A DNA stretch of 64,000 nucleotides from positions 608,001-672,000 of the forward strand of contig CAVVHE010000005.1 in NCBI GenBank assembly GCA_963748015.1, written 5' to 3'. A program made the position numbers and the translations under genes. Position 1 is the stretch's first letter; every line of letters starts with the position of its first letter. Shown piece by piece: positions 51,804 through 62,580 of this stretch. Under the pieces are notes generated by a model. It was given only the letters and a program-made list of their open reading frames with translations, was not told where the DNA came from and searched no databases. Source of the stretch: Terriglobia bacterium. Its GTDB lineage: Bacteria; Acidobacteriota; Polarisedimenticolia; Polarisedimenticolales; JAIQFR01.

Positions 51804-52651
51804 TCGTCGAGCGCGGCACGCCGACCGCCGAGCCCGATCGCCGCTACTGGCGGCGCAGGGTGAACCGCGAGGTCCGCAAGGCGCGGCGCGCGCGGACCTT
51901 CTTCAGGTGGCTCCTGATCGTCGGAGTGAACCTCGTCGTGGCGGCGTTCCTCGTGTACTCGGGCTGGCAGGCGATGCTGCACGTCACCACGACGCCGGCG
52001 CTCGCGCTGACGGCCGTGGAGGTGGAAGGCGCCGCGCGCACGTCGCCGCAGGCCATCCGCGCGCTGCTCGCCCCGTACGTCGGCCGCAACCTCTTGACGC
52101 TCGACCTCGACGCGATCGCGGCGCGCGCGGCGTCCGATCCCTGGGTGCGCGAGGCGGCGGTGCGGCGGATCCTGCCGCACACGCTGCGCGTCGCGGTGGT
52201 CGAGCGCGCGCCCGCGGCGCTCGCGGTGATCCGCGGCGTCGTCCACGTGGTGGACGAGACGGGATTCGTGATGGCCCCCGCGGGCCCCGAGGTCCCGCTC
52301 GACCAGCCGGTGCTCACGGGGCTCGACCGGCTGGGCGGCGCCTCGCTCACGGGCGCGCTCGCCTCGGGCGCCCGGGCGATCGCGCGCCTCAAGGCGGCGA
52401 GCCCGTCGTGGGAGCGGGAAGTCTCGGAGCTCGACCTGTCGCAGCCTGACCGGATCGCGGTGGTCACCCGCAAGGCGGGCCCCCGGATCCTTCTCGACGC
52501 CGAAAGCGTGGAACGGAACCTGAACGATTACCTCGCCCTCAAGCCCGAAGTCGAGAGGCGGATGGGGCCGGCGGCTTACGTCGACCTTCGCTGGAGCCGC
52601 CGGATCTCGATTCTGCCGGCCGGGGACGATTCCCTCGCGGAGACCAACTAA
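51800..52651 (+). CDS. ftsQ: Cell division protein FtsQ (TM + POTRA)
   Basis: RBS GGAGG plus GTG overlapping the murC stop; [29 protein letters not shown]; precedes ftsA. Confidence 0.9.
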   Translation: MIVERGTPTAEPDRRYWRRRVNREVRKARRARTFFRWLLIVGVNLVVAAFLVYSGWQAMLHVTTTPALALTAVEVEGAARTSPQAIRALLAPYVGRNLLTLDLDAIAARAASDPWVREAAVRRILPHTLRVAVVERAPAALAVIRGVVHVVDETGFVMAPAGPEVPLDQPVLTGLDRLGGASLTGALASGARAIARLKAASPSWEREVSELDLSQPDRIAVVTRKAGPRILLDAESVERNLNDYLALKPEVERRMGPAAYVDLRWSRRISILPAGDDSLAETN

Positions 52652-52653
52652 TC

Positions 52654-53901
52654 ATGGCCAGGAACGAGCGTTACGTCGTGGGGCTCGACATCGGGACCAC
52701 CCGCATCTCGTGCGTCGTCGCCGAGATGAAGGAGCAGGGAAACGTGGAGGTGGTGGGCCTCGGCGAGGCTCCCTCGCGCGGGCTGCGCAAGGGGGTCGTG
52801 GTCCACCTCGACATGACCGTGGAGGCGATCAAGGCCGCCGTCGAGCAGGCGGAGGTCATGGCGGGGGTGAACGTCGAGTCGGCGACCGTCGGGATCGCCG
52901 GCCCGCACATCCGCAGCTTCAACAGCCGGGGGGTGGTGGCGGTGTCCGGCAAGGACCGGACCGTCTCGAAGGAGGACGTGAAGCGCGTGCTCGACGCCGC
53001 GCGCGCGGTGAGCATCCCCCAGGACCGCGAGATCCTCCACGTGCTGCCGCAGGAGTTCGTGCTGGACAACCAGGGAGGGATCACGTCGCCCGTGGGGCTC
53101 AACGGATCGCGCCTCGAGGCGAACGTGCACATCGTGACCGCCTCGACCACCTCGGTGCAGAACCTCGTCACGTGCGTCAACCGCGCCGGCGTCGAGGTGC
53201 GGGACACGGTGCTCGAGTCGCTCGCGTCCGCCGAGGCGGTGCTCGGCCAGGACGAGAAGGAGCTCGGCGTCGCGCTGATCGACGTGGGCGGCGGGACCAC
53301 CGATCTCGCCATTTTCGAGCGCGGCTCGATCTGGCACACCTCGGTGCTGCCCGTCGGCGGGGGCCACTTCACCAACGACCTCGCGGTCGGCCTTCGCACG
53401 CCGATCCCGGACGCGGAGCGCCTGAAGCTCAAGCACGGCTGCGCGCTCGCGACGATGGTGGAGGACAACGACGCCATCGAGGTCGCGTCCATCGGCGGCG
53501 AGCGGAAGCCGAGGCTGCTGCAGCGCCAGGTGATGGCGTCGATCCTGCAGCCCCGCGCCGAGGAGATCTTCACCCTGCTCCGCGAGGAGGTCGGGCGGGC
53601 GGGGTTCGAGAAGCAGCTCAACGCCGGGCTGGTGCTGACCGGCGGGGGGAGCCTGCTGCCGGGGATGACCGAGGTCGCCGAGCAGGTGTTCGACCTTCCC
53701 GTCCGGCGCGGCCAGGCGGGAGCCGAGGTCGGCCTCGGCGGCACCGGGTGCGGCCCGCAGCACGGCTCGGCCATCGGGCTCGCGCTGTACGGCGCGCACC
53801 ACCGACGCCCGGGGACCCGGCCGTCGCTGCACCCGGGCGGGGGCTTTCTGGGACGGTTCGGCGGCCGCATCAAGGGTCTGTTCAGGGAAATGTTCTTCTG
53901 A
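52654..53901 (+). CDS. ftsA: Cell division protein FtsA
   Basis: GLDIGTT, GLRKGVV, DVGGGTTD, AERLK, VLTGGG, C-terminal amphipathic helix. Confidence 0.97.
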   Translation: MARNERYVVGLDIGTTRISCVVAEMKEQGNVEVVGLGEAPSRGLRKGVVVHLDMTVEAIKAAVEQAEVMAGVNVESATVGIAGPHIRSFNSRGVVAVSGKDRTVSKEDVKRVLDAARAVSIPQDREILHVLPQEFVLDNQGGITSPVGLNGSRLEANVHIVTASTTSVQNLVTCVNRAGVEVRDTVLESLASAEAVLGQDEKELGVALIDVGGGTTDLAIFERGSIWHTSVLPVGGGHFTNDLAVGLRTPIPDAERLKLKHGCALATMVEDNDAIEVASIGGERKPRLLQRQVMASILQPRAEEIFTLLREEVGRAGFEKQLNAGLVLTGGGSLLPGMTEVAEQVFDLPVRRGQAGAEVGLGGTGCGPQHGSAIGLALYGAHHRRPGTRPSLHPGGGFLGRFGGRIKGLFREMFF

Positions 53902-53953
53902 AGACGAGGCGGGAACGCTCACGGCAAGACGATAATCGGGGAGAGGGGACAAG

Positions 53954-55180
53954 ATGATCACGATGGACGACGATTCGCGCCGGATCCGGCCGATTCACGT
54001 GGCGTTCGACGACGCACAGGCGTCGGCGGCGAACATCAAGGTGATCGGGGTCGGCGGCGGGGGCGGCAACGCGGTCAACCGCATGATCGCCAAGGGGGTC
54101 TGCGGCGTCGAGTTCCTGGCGGCGAACACCGACTGCCAGGCGCTCAAGTCGCACCGGGCCTCGGTCAAGCTCCAGCTCGGCGCGAAGCTCACGAAGGGGC
54201 TCGGCGCGGGCTCGAACCCCGAGGTCGGCCGCAGCGCCGCTCTCGAGGACACCGACAAGGTGCTCGAGCTGCTGAGCGGCGCCGACATGGTCTTCGTGAC
54301 CGCGGGCCTCGGGGGCGGCACGGGGACCGGCGCCTCGCCGATCATCGCGAACCTGGCGCGCGAGATGGGCGCCCTGGTGGTCGCGGTCGTGACCAAGCCC
54401 TTCGATTTCGAGGGGCGCCGGAGGAAGGCGCAGGCCGAGGAAGGGCTCGCCGGGCTCCGGCAGGTCGTGGACACGGTGATCACGATCCCCAACGACAAGC
54501 TGCTCCACACGGTCGAGAGGGGAACGCCGCTCGCCGAGGCGTTCCTGATGGCCGACGACATCCTGCGGCAGGCCGTGCAGGGGATCTCCGACCTGATCAC
54601 CGTGCCCGGGGAGATCAACCTCGACTTCGCGGACGTGAAGACGATCATGTCCGGCATGGGGATGGCGCTGATGGGGACCGGTGTCGCGGAGGGCGAGCAC
54701 CGCGCCGTCGAGGCGGCGCAGCGCGCGATCTCCTCGCCGCTCCTCGAGGACGCGTCCATCCACGGCGCCCGCGGCGTGCTGATCAACATCACCGGCGGGG
54801 AGGACATGACGCTGCACGAGGTGTCGGACGCGGCGGAGATCATCCACGAGGCCGCCGACCCCGACGCCAACATCATCTTCGGGACCGTGATCGACCGAGC
54901 GATGAAGGGAACCGTCAAGGTCACCGTGATCGCGACCGGCTTCGTGCGCGAGGACCAGCGCGGTCTCGCGGCCCTGTCGGGAATCGCCCGCGCGTCGGCC
55001 CGTCCCTCCGTCTCCTCGCAGGAGCCCCCGCCGGCCGTCGTCCGCAACCCGGACCGCTTCCTGAGGCACGGCAACGAGAAGCTCGAGTTCGACAACACCG
55101 ACGAGGGGTGGACGCCGAACCTGAGCGTCACGAAGGACGACCTCGACGTCCCCGCGTTCCTGCGGAAGCAGATGGACTGA
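53954..55180 (+). CDS. ftsZ: Cell division protein FtsZ
   Basis: [25 protein letters not shown]-terminal [10 protein letters not shown]. Confidence 0.99.
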   Translation: MITMDDDSRRIRPIHVAFDDAQASAANIKVIGVGGGGGNAVNRMIAKGVCGVEFLAANTDCQALKSHRASVKLQLGAKLTKGLGAGSNPEVGRSAALEDTDKVLELLSGADMVFVTAGLGGGTGTGASPIIANLAREMGALVVAVVTKPFDFEGRRRKAQAEEGLAGLRQVVDTVITIPNDKLLHTVERGTPLAEAFLMADDILRQAVQGISDLITVPGEINLDFADVKTIMSGMGMALMGTGVAEGEHRAVEAAQRAISSPLLEDASIHGARGVLINITGGEDMTLHEVSDAAEIIHEAADPDANIIFGTVIDRAMKGTVKVTVIATGFVREDQRGLAALSGIARASARPSVSSQEPPPAVVRNPDRFLRHGNEKLEFDNTDEGWTPNLSVTKDDLDVPAFLRKQMD

Positions 55181-55186
55181 GGCGCG

Positions 55187-56170
55187 ATGATCGAAGAGGC
55201 GGTGAGTGCCGAGGCTCTCACCCGGATCCTGGTAGTGGACGATGATCCGGAGACGGCGCGGCTCCTCCGCACCTGGTTCCGCGGGCAACCGTACGAGATC
55301 CTCGAGGCCAGGGACGGCGCCGCGGGGCTCGAGGCCGCCGCGCGGGAGCTGCCCGACCTCATCCTGCTAGACCTCAAGATGCCGGTGCTCGACGGGCACG
55401 AGGTGGCCAGGGGCCTGAAGCGCGAGCCCACCACGAACGGGATCCCCGTCATCCTGCTGTCCGCGGTGAACACCATCGAGGCGAAGGTCGAGGCGTTCGC
55501 CGCGGGGGTGGATGACTACGTGGTCAAGCCGTTCGCGTTCGAGGAGGTGGACGCGCGGATCCGGGCGATGCTGCGGAAACGGGAGCTTTACCGCCAGAAG
55601 GACAATCTGGCGCGCAACCTCCAGGCGACCAACGCGCGCCTCAACGACCTGCTGCAGGTGGACGAGAAGACCGGCCTCCAAACTTTCCGGGACTTCCAGC
55701 GGCACCTGGCCCAGGAGTGGCTGCGGGCGCAGCGCTACGGCATGCCTCTCTCGCTCGTCATGCTCGACCTCGACGACTTCAAGCGCGTCAACGACACCCT
55801 CGGCCACCCGGCGGGCGACCGGGCCCTCAAGGAGTTCGCGACGCTCGTCCGCGGAGGCGCGCGCGCGACCGACGTCCCCGCGCGGTTCGGCGGCGAGGAG
55901 TTCGCGATCATCCTGCCCCACACCACGGGGACGATGGCCGCGCTGGTCGCCGAGCGCATCCTCGCCGCGGTGCGCGAGTTCGTCTTCCTCGGCGAGGACA
56001 TGCCGACGCGCCTCACCGTCTCCGGCGGCGTCGCCACCTTCCCCTCCCACCCCGACATCAACAGCCCCGACGCCCTCGTGCGCGCCGCCGACCGCGCCCT
56101 CTACCGCGCGAAGGAGCAGGGAAAGAACCGCGTCGTCGTGGACGACGCCTCGGCGGCGTCCCCGAACTGA
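55187..56170 (+). CDS. Response-regulator diguanylate cyclase (REC-GGDEF, WspR/PleD-like)
   Basis: REC domain, coiled coil, DLDDFKRVNDTLGH, I-site RATD, RFGGEEF, ADRALYRAK. Confidence 0.93.
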   Translation: MIEEAVSAEALTRILVVDDDPETARLLRTWFRGQPYEILEARDGAAGLEAAARELPDLILLDLKMPVLDGHEVARGLKREPTTNGIPVILLSAVNTIEAKVEAFAAGVDDYVVKPFAFEEVDARIRAMLRKRELYRQKDNLARNLQATNARLNDLLQVDEKTGLQTFRDFQRHLAQEWLRAQRYGMPLSLVMLDLDDFKRVNDTLGHPAGDRALKEFATLVRGGARATDVPARFGGEEFAIILPHTTGTMAALVAERILAAVREFVFLGEDMPTRLTVSGGVATFPSHPDINSPDALVRAADRALYRAKEQGKNRVVVDDASAASPN

Positions 56171-56177
56171 GCCGCCC

Positions 56178-57812
<1,635 letters not shown>

Positions 57813-57980
57813 GAAGCGGACAGGTTAGCACGCGGCTGCAGGGAGGCGGCCGTTCCGGATCGAGCGCGACCGCGGTATGCTTCCCGGCAGCGAACGAGCT
57901 GCCGAGGGGGTCCGTCACGGGATGCGAAGCCGATTGGGGGTCGCCACGGCAAAGTCTCGTTCCCGTTCGGTGACGCGGCG

Positions 57981-60900
57981 ATGACGCTGGGAGCCGGATC
58001 GCGACTCGGGCCGTACGAGATCGTCGAGCTCATCGGCGTCGGCGGCATGGGCGAGGTGTACCGGGCCCGCGACCCCCGGCTCGGCCGGTACGTCGCGATC
58101 AAGATCCTGCCGGCGGGAATCGCCGACGACGCCGGGCGCCTGCACCGCTTCGAGCAGGAGGCCCGCGCCGTCGCCGCCCTGAACCACCCCCACATCCTCA
58201 CGCTCTTCGACATCGGCTCCCACGACGGGACCCCGTACGTGGTCACGGAGCTTCTCGACGGGGAGAACCTCCGCGAGGTGCTCGCCCGCCGCCCGCCGAC
58301 GCAGCGCCAGGTCCTCACCATGGCGGTCCAGGTGGCCCAGGGCCTCGCGGCCGCGCACCAGAAGGGAATCGTCCACCGCGACGTGAAGCCCGAGAACCTC
58401 TTTCTCACCGCGGAGGGGCGGGCGAAGATCCTCGATTTCGGACTGGCCCGGTTCGGCGCTCCCCTGAAGTCCTCCTCTCCAGGCGAAACAAAGGGAGACG
58501 TGACGCGGGCCGGGTTCCTGATGGGCACGGTCGCGTACATGTCGCCGGAGCAGGCCAGCGCCCTGTCGATCGATCCCCGCAGCGACCTTTTTTCGTTCGG
58601 TATCGTCCTCTACGAGCTTCTCTCCGGCCGGCATCCCTTCCGCCGCGAGACGGCCGAGGCGACGGTCGAGGCGATCCTCTACGAGACGCCGCCCGCCCCG
58701 TCGTCGCTCGAGCCCACGATCCCGCCGGCACTGGACGGGATCGTGCGCCGGTGCCTGGAGAAGGACCGCGAGGAGCGGTTCCAGAGCGCGCACGAGCTGG
58801 CCGTCGCGCTCGAGGCGGTGCTGAAGGCGCCTCCGGGAGCGGCCTCGCTCGCGGCGGCGGAGGAGCGGAGCCCGTACCCCGGCCTCCAGTCGTTCACGGA
58901 GAAGAACGCGGGGGCGTTCTTCGGCCGCGAGACCGAGGTCAAGGCGCTCTGGCAGCGGCTCGAGAGCCGCCGTCTTCTCGCCGTGATCGGGCCTTCGGGA
59001 GCGGGGAAGACCTCCTTCGTGCGGGCGGGCGTCGTCGCGTCGAGGCCCGAGGGCTGGGGCGCGATCGTCTGCAAGCCCGGGGCGGCGCCGCTGCGGAACC
59101 TGGCCAACGCGGTGGCGCCGGAGCTGGCGAACGATCCCGAAGCGGTGACGCAGCTCCTCTCCTCCGACGAGCCGGAGATCGCGTTGGAAATGCTGTCGAG
59201 GTGGCGGGGGGCGCACGCCGAGGCCCTCCTCGTCGTGGACCAGTTCGAGGAGCTGTTCACGCTGAATCCGCCCGAATCCCAGGCCTGCTTCGCCGCGCTC
59301 CTCGGCCGTCTCGCCTCCGAGACCGATATCCACGTGCTCCTGTCCCTCCGCGACGACTTCCTGATGCGGTGTCACGACCGCGAGCCGCTCGGCGCGATCT
59401 TCTCGGACCTCACGCCTCTCGGCCCCCTCACGGCCGACGGGCTCCGTCGCGCGCTGATCGAGCCGGCGAGGAAGCTCGGGTACCGCTTCGAGGACGACGC
59501 CCTCGTGAACGAGATGGTCGCGTCGGTCGAAGGGGCGCGCGGGGCGCTGCCGCTGCTGGCCTTCGCGGTGGCCAGGTTGTGGGAGAAGCGCGAGCGGGAA
59601 ACGAAGTTCCTGACATGGGAGGCGTACGAGGAGATCGGGGGCGTGGCAGGAGCGCTCGCCCAGCACGCCGAGGCCACGATGGCCCGCATCGGTTCGGAGC
59701 GGCACGGGATCGTGCGCGAGATGTTTCGGCAGCTCGTTACGGCCCAGGGTACGAGGGCGGTCCTGGACCGCGAGGAGTTGCTGTCCGCGTTTCAGGAGCG
59801 AGCGGCGGCGGACGAGGTACTGGGCGCGCTCATCGACGCGCGGCTCCTGACGAGCTACGAGGTTGCGGAAGCGGAAGGCCGCTCGACCCGGCATCGGGTC
59901 GAGATCGTGCACGAATCGCTGCTGGAGGCGTGGCCGCGGCTGGTGCGGTGGCAGACGCAGGACGAGGAGGGGGCGCTTCTCCGGGACCAGCTCCGGCAGG
60001 CCGCGAGGCTGTGGAGCGAGAAGAACCGGACCGGGGATCTGCTCTGGACGGGCACGGCGTACGAGGAGTTCGAGCTGTGGCGCGAGCGGTACCCGGGGAA
60101 GCTCACCTCGGCGGAGTCCGACTTCGCCCGGGCGATGGCGAGCAAGGCGCGCAGGCGAAAGCGCCTCCTCAGGACGACGGTCGCCTCGGTCATCGTCGCG
60201 CTGGCGACGATCGCCGTCACCATCGGCATCCTCGGGTACCGCGCCGCGAGGTCTCGCGACCGGGCCGAGGCCGAAGCGCAGCGCGCCGAGGCGGGCAAGC
60301 TGCTGGCCCTCGCCCGGGCGGCCGTCGCGAGCGACTCCACGTCCCCGCTCGCGTACGTGCGAAAGAGCCTGGAACTGGCCGACACGCCCGAGGCCCGGCG
60401 CTTCGCGGTGGAGGTCCTCTGGCGTGGGCCGGCGGCTCGCATCTTGTCCCCCGGTACGAGTGCAGAGGGATTGGCGCCGGGGGAGATCTCGAGTTGGCCG
60501 AGCCTCCCGGTCCTCGACCCGGAGTCAAAGTGGCTTGCGCTGCGAAATCCCGCGTCGGGCCGTGTTTTCCTCTTTCCAAACGATGGGAGCGCACCGCGGG
60601 TCCTACCACCTTCTCCCGACGGCAACGCTTCCGCGCTCGCGTTCGGTCCTGGCGGCGATCTGCTGATTACAAATGGTCCCGGGTCGAGTTTGCGATTCCT
60701 GTCCCTGCCCGACCTGCGCGAGGTCGGGACCGTGGAACTCGGGGGCGTTTCGTCCGACGCGTGGGTCGCGGGCGATCGACTTCTCACTTCGACGCGCCTT
60801 TCTCGGGAGGACGCTCAGACGCTGATTCGTTCCTGGCCGCTCCCGGCGGGCGAGCCGACGGTCGTGGCGAGGTTCGAGCCGCCGAGCGCGAGGACCCGAA

Positions 60901-62495
60901 AGTTGGATCCCACCGGAAAGTGGCTAGCGTACGAGCACGAGCGAACGATCTTCCTCCGCGCGCTCGCCCCGATTGGCCCGTCGTCGGATCGGGTCCTGGG
61001 CCGCCTCGAGGGAGACCCGTGGGACGACAATCCGCTGAAGATCTTCCAGGACGGTCGTGGCCTCGTCTCGCTGGAGCAGCCCGGTGTCATTCGACTTTGG
61101 ACCATCGGCGGGGGCGAGCGCCCGCGCGTGCTACGTCGAGGAAAGGCGGTCGGATTACTCGACGTCAGTCGTGAAGCCTCGCACCTCGCGGGGATCGATC
61201 TGGATGGTATCGCGCTTTGGGACCTGCGCGATCCTCCCGATGCCGAGGCGGCCCTCCTACGGTTCGAAAGCAACACGACGCTGGTCGGCGGTTTCGACTC
61301 GAAAGCGCAGTGGCTCGTTACGGGGAGCGGTAACAAGTACTACTTCTGGCCGGTCCGGACGCCGCGGAGGCGTGTGTTGCCTCACCACGGCTCGGGCACG
61401 TGGAGACTGGAGTTCACACCGGACGGCCGCTGGCTGGCCTCGAGCGCTATTGGCGAGCCGGTGCGGCTGTGGCCGATGAATCCTCGGGATGGGTCCTTCC
61501 GCGATCTGGTTCCCCGGGTGCCGTCCTGGAACGTCGTGGCCAACGCCGCAAGCACGCGTCTCCTCGTCGGGACCTGGGCCTTCTCGCAGTCCGGGCCCGC
61601 GGATGGGCGCGTCTTCCTGTTCCCGATCGCCGGAGGAGCGCCCCGTCAGCTACGGACTGGATGGGAAGGCGTCGCCGGGACTTACGCCGTGGCATTCGAC
61701 CCGCGGGGCCGTCTCGCGGTCGCGACCCCCGCCATCGACTTCGGCAGCCGGGGAGACCTGGCACTGCATGTGCTCAAGACCTGGGACTTGGAGTCGGGCA
61801 AAGAACGGACCTTCCCGATCGCGAACCTCACCGGCGCCGACTGGATGGGGTGCGAGAGCTTTCAATTCGCTCCGAACGGCGTCCTTTACTGCGCCTCGCA
61901 GGGCGGCGTTCTTCGCCTCGAGATTCCGAATGACCTGAGCGGGACGCTCTCGGGGGAGAACATCTACCCCGCCAGCCGCGCTCGTTTCGCGTTGAGCCCC
62001 GACGGCCGGAGGCTTCTCGTCCTGGCTTCCACGGGGCACGATCCCAACACCTCGGTATTCGAAGACCTCGTCTTGGTCGACCTCACGACGGGACACCGCA
62101 GCCGGATCACCACCCACGGACAGAGGCTCTTCACCGCCGCCTTCGATCCGACCGGGAAGATCATCGTGACCGGCGACGTGGAAGGAATCGTGAGAGTCGG
62201 GCTCGCTACAGGCGAGGAGCCCCACCTGCTATTGGGTCACCGCGCACAGTACGTCGAGTCGCTCGCCGTCTCGCCCGACGGTCGATGGATCGCCTCGGTA
62301 GGCCTCGACGACTTGTTCCTGTGGCCCATGCCTGACGTGAAGAAGCCGCCTCTGCACATCCTGCCCCACGGCGAGCTCCTGAGAACGCTGGATTCTGTCA
62401 CGAACCTCCGCGTCGTCCCCGACCCGTCCTCCTCCACCGGCTGGCGTCTCGACGTCGGACCGTTCCCGGGTTGGAAGGACGTGCCCGCCTGGTAG
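57981..62495 (+). CDS. Ser/Thr kinase + nSTAND1 NTPase + TM + WD40 beta-propeller protein
   Basis: GVGGMGEVY, VAIK, HRDVKPEN, DFG, YMSPEQ; PYPGL, GPSGAGKTS, VDQFEE, LRDDF, LPLL, HESLL..WPRL; hydrophobic helix; FTPDG/VSPDG blades. Confidence 0.9.
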   Translation: MTLGAGSRLGPYEIVELIGVGGMGEVYRARDPRLGRYVAIKILPAGIADDAGRLHRFEQEARAVAALNHPHILTLFDIGSHDGTPYVVTELLDGENLREVLARRPPTQRQVLTMAVQVAQGLAAAHQKGIVHRDVKPENLFLTAEGRAKILDFGLARFGAPLKSSSPGETKGDVTRAGFLMGTVAYMSPEQASALSIDPRSDLFSFGIVLYELLSGRHPFRRETAEATVEAILYETPPAPSSLEPTIPPALDGIVRRCLEKDREERFQSAHELAVALEAVLKAPPGAASLAAAEERSPYPGLQSFTEKNAGAFFGRETEVKALWQRLESRRLLAVIGPSGAGKTSFVRAGVVASRPEGWGAIVCKPGAAPLRNLANAVAPELANDPEAVTQLLSSDEPEIALEMLSRWRGAHAEALLVVDQFEELFTLNPPESQACFAALLGRLASETDIHVLLSLRDDFLMRCHDREPLGAIFSDLTPLGPLTADGLRRALIEPARKLGYRFEDDALVNEMVASVEGARGALPLLAFAVARLWEKRERETKFLTWEAYEEIGGVAGALAQHAEATMARIGSERHGIVREMFRQLVTAQGTRAVLDREELLSAFQERAAADEVLGALIDARLLTSYEVAEAEGRSTRHRVEIVHESLLEAWPRLVRWQTQDEEGALLRDQLRQAARLWSEKNRTGDLLWTGTAYEEFELWRERYPGKLTSAESDFARAMASKARRRKRLLRTTVASVIVALATIAVTIGILGYRAARSRDRAEAEAQRAEAGKLLALARAAVASDSTSPLAYVRKSLELADTPEARRFAVEVLWRGPAARILSPGTSAEGLAPGEISSWPSLPVLDPESKWLALRNPASGRVFLFPNDGSAPRVLPPSPDGNASALAFGPGGDLLITNGPGSSLRFLSLPDLREVGTVELGGVSSDAWVAGDRLLTSTRLSREDAQTLIRSWPLPAGEPTVVARFEPPSARTRKLDPTGKWLAYEHERTIFLRALAPIGPSSDRVLGRLEGDPWDDNPLKIFQDGRGLVSLEQPGVIRLWTIGGGERPRVLRRGKAVGLLDVSREASHLAGIDLDGIALWDLRDPPDAEAALLRFESNTTLVGGFDSKAQWLVTGSGNKYYFWPVRTPRRRVLPHHGSGTWRLEFTPDGRWLASSAIGEPVRLWPMNPRDGSFRDLVPRVPSWNVVANAASTRLLVGTWAFSQSGPADGRVFLFPIAGGAPRQLRTGWEGVAGTYAVAFDPRGRLAVATPAIDFGSRGDLALHVLKTWDLESGKERTFPIANLTGADWMGCESFQFAPNGVLYCASQGGVLRLEIPNDLSGTLSGENIYPASRARFALSPDGRRLLVLASTGHDPNTSVFEDLVLVDLTTGHRSRITTHGQRLFTAAFDPTGKIIVTGDVEGIVRVGLATGEEPHLLLGHRAQYVESLAVSPDGRWIASVGLDDLFLWPMPDVKKPPLHILPHGELLRTLDSVTNLRVVPDPSSSTGWRLDVGPFPGWKDVPAW

Positions 62496-62580
62496 GCGCC
62501 TCCCCTGTAGTCCTCTCCCCGCTTCCACAGCGGCGATGGAAGCCGTACAATCTGGCCAAACCGGACATCGGGGGGCGGCC

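Noticed and set aside
50315..52651. Genuine MurC-FtsQ fusion protein
   Set aside because: The conserved MurC tail lies in another frame, and ftsQ has its own RBS and start.
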